DNA of 64,000 bases from assembly GCA_963826525.1 (NCBI GenBank), contig CAWGXH010000003.1, positions 544,001 to 608,000 on the forward strand, in the 5' to 3' direction. Each line of letters opens with the position of its first letter. The first letter of the stretch is position 1. The translations under genes were made by a program, and so were the position numbers. The stretch comes from an uncultured Methanomicrobiaceae archaeon. Lineage in GTDB: Archaea > Halobacteriota > Methanomicrobia > Methanomicrobiales > Methanoculleaceae. Positions 62,154 to 64,000 of this stretch are shown one piece after another. Under the pieces are notes generated by a model. The model worked only from the letters and a program-made list of their open reading frames with translations, did no database searches and was not told the origin of the DNA.

Positions 62154-64000
62154 GTGAACAATACTGATAATCTTGCTTTCGATCCTCTGCAGGCCTTCTC
62201 CATCCCTGGTGAGCCGAGCATCGGCATCCTCGTGCTGGACCGTGACCGGAACGTGCTCTGGTGCAACGATGCCGTGCAGGAGATCATCGGAATTCCTCCC
62301 GATGCCGCCGTCGGCATGAATGCCGTGCAGATCATCGACACCTACCTGCTGCCGCGATTGCAGGACCCTTCATGTGCTCACTGCCTGCGAAACCTTCTCC
62401 ACGCCGAGACGGCGCCCCCGCCGTGCGGGTGCCTGATCCGTACGGATTCCGGCGAAACCTGCCTCCTCTCGTGCTCCTGCCAGTACATCGCGACCGGACC
62501 GTTTCAGGATATGATCGTCATCCGGTTCCGGGATATATGCCGGCCGGAGAGACTTGCCGGGGCTTATGCTCAGCAGAGCCATCTCACGCTTCTCGCCGAG
62601 ATGTCCCAACTCTTCGAGACCGCCGGCCTCTCTCCGGGCGAGATATTCACGGCGATCGCCGGGCTGCTGCCGCTCGCTCTCCACTATCCCGACCAGGCAT
62701 ACGCCAGAGTGGTGATCGACGATACGGTGTACAGGCCGGGACGTTCCTGAAACACCCTCTCGACTGACGGCCGATCTCATCATTCACGGCAGCCGGCATG
62801 GGATGGTCGAGGTAGGCTACACCACGCGACCTTCCGAAAGGGAGGGTGAGGCATTCAGCCGGGAAGAGTCGGTCTTCCTGCACCTGGTTGCCGGGATGAT
62901 CGGGCGGGCGCTCGGTCGGCTGCAGGCCGAAGAGGCGCTCGAACGGCAGGCTGCCCTGCTCGATCTCACGCACGATGCCGTTACCGTCTGGGGCATGGAT
63001 GGGCGTATCACCTTCTGGAACCGGGCTGCCGAAGAGGAGTATGGCTGGAGCGGCGACGAAGCACTGGGGCAGGTGACGCACGATCTCCTACAGACGCATT
63101 TTCCGGCCTCGCTTGAATCCAGTATCGCCGAACTCGTCCGTACGGGACACTGGGAGGGTGAACTGGTAAAGTTCCGCCGCGACGGATCACGCGCCGTCGT
63201 TGCGAGCAGATGGGCGCTCCAGCGAGGGAGCGATGGAAAACCGGTCTCAATCCTCGAGATCAATAGCGACATCACCGGAAGAAAGTGTGCAGAAGCGGAG
63301 ATACGGATGCGGAATAGCCATCTCGCCGTACTCAATCAGATCATCACGGTCTCAGCCTCGGCACTCTCGTTCGACGAGCTTATGGAGGCGTCGCTCTCAA
63401 AGACCATGGAACTCCTGGACTTCGATCTCGGCGTTGTGTACCTGCTCGACAGCGATCGCACCCGGGCGCTCCCAAAATATCGCCGGGGAACGCCTGCATC
63501 CCTGCACCATCGCCAGCGCTTTGTCAGTATCCACAACTGGCCGTATAACTTCGTCTTCATCGCCGGCCAGGCACGATACTTCGAGCAGGAGGAGAATCCG
63601 GGCTTGATGGAGGCGGAGCTCCTCCACGATTACGGCGTCAGTGCTCTTGCCGCCATCCCGCTCGTTGCCGAGTCGGTCGTCGTCGGGGCGATCTTTGTCG
63701 GGAGCAGAGAGAAGACATCGCTCTCACTCTCCGAAAAGAGCCTGCTCGAAGCGATAGGCAAGGAGATTGGTGCCGGTGTACTGCGGAGCATGCTGCACAG
63801 AAAACTTGAGGTCGCAAACCGCGAGGCGAATCTCTATCTTGATATTCTGACCCACGACATCAGGAACGCCGAGAACGTCGCCAGCCTGTACTCCGATCTC
63901 CTCTTCGAGATGCTCGACGGTGTCGCTGCCGAGTACGTCGACAAGGTGCGGGCGAGCATCATGAAGGGAACCGAGATGATCAAGTTTGTCTCGACGATCA
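62154..64000 (+). CDS. PAS/GAF sensor histidine kinase, frameshift near 62740, truncated by the window end
   Basis: PAS, GAF-like, PAS (ITFWNRAAEEEYGW) and GAF domains; H-box DILTHDIRNAENV near 63850. Confidence 0.85.

Overview
GC-rich archaeal chromosomal segment. The taxonomic call is an inference from gene content (PGF-CTERM protein, HdrC/HdrB-like protein, archaeal-type kinases): most likely a Methanomicrobiales methanogen, Methanoculleus-like. It is a patchwork accessory region: multi-PAS/GAF signalling genes, transporters (MFS x2, APC, MgtA, Kef, cation-chloride cotransporter), secreted proteins (beta-propellers, serpin, transglutaminase-like), DNA repair/defence genes (Mpg x2, RecQ, HNH+HIT, orphan N4-C-type methylase, RM remnant), metabolic genes (NADP-type secondary ADH, NadE, Hdr-like, radical SAM) and several gene relics. 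About 15 genes, including nadE and recQ, are split by 1-bp indels, most likely long-read consensus errors. I saw no rRNA, tRNA, CRISPR array or transposase. Main highlight: a signalling module found three times, in which a complete histidine kinase is followed by, or fused to, a PAS protein ending in an ATPase-less DHp-like helix with Asp at the phospho-His position; no receiver domain is visible in the window. Other highlights: a small ORF resembling staphylococcal SaPI Ppi proteins beside an orphan methylase, a translationally coupled HNH-HIT pair, a duplicated MFS/Mpg cassette, and a 17-bp tandem repeat over the catalytic motif of a collapsed CheB/CheR gene. All family assignments come from motif recognition by eye; no searches were run.
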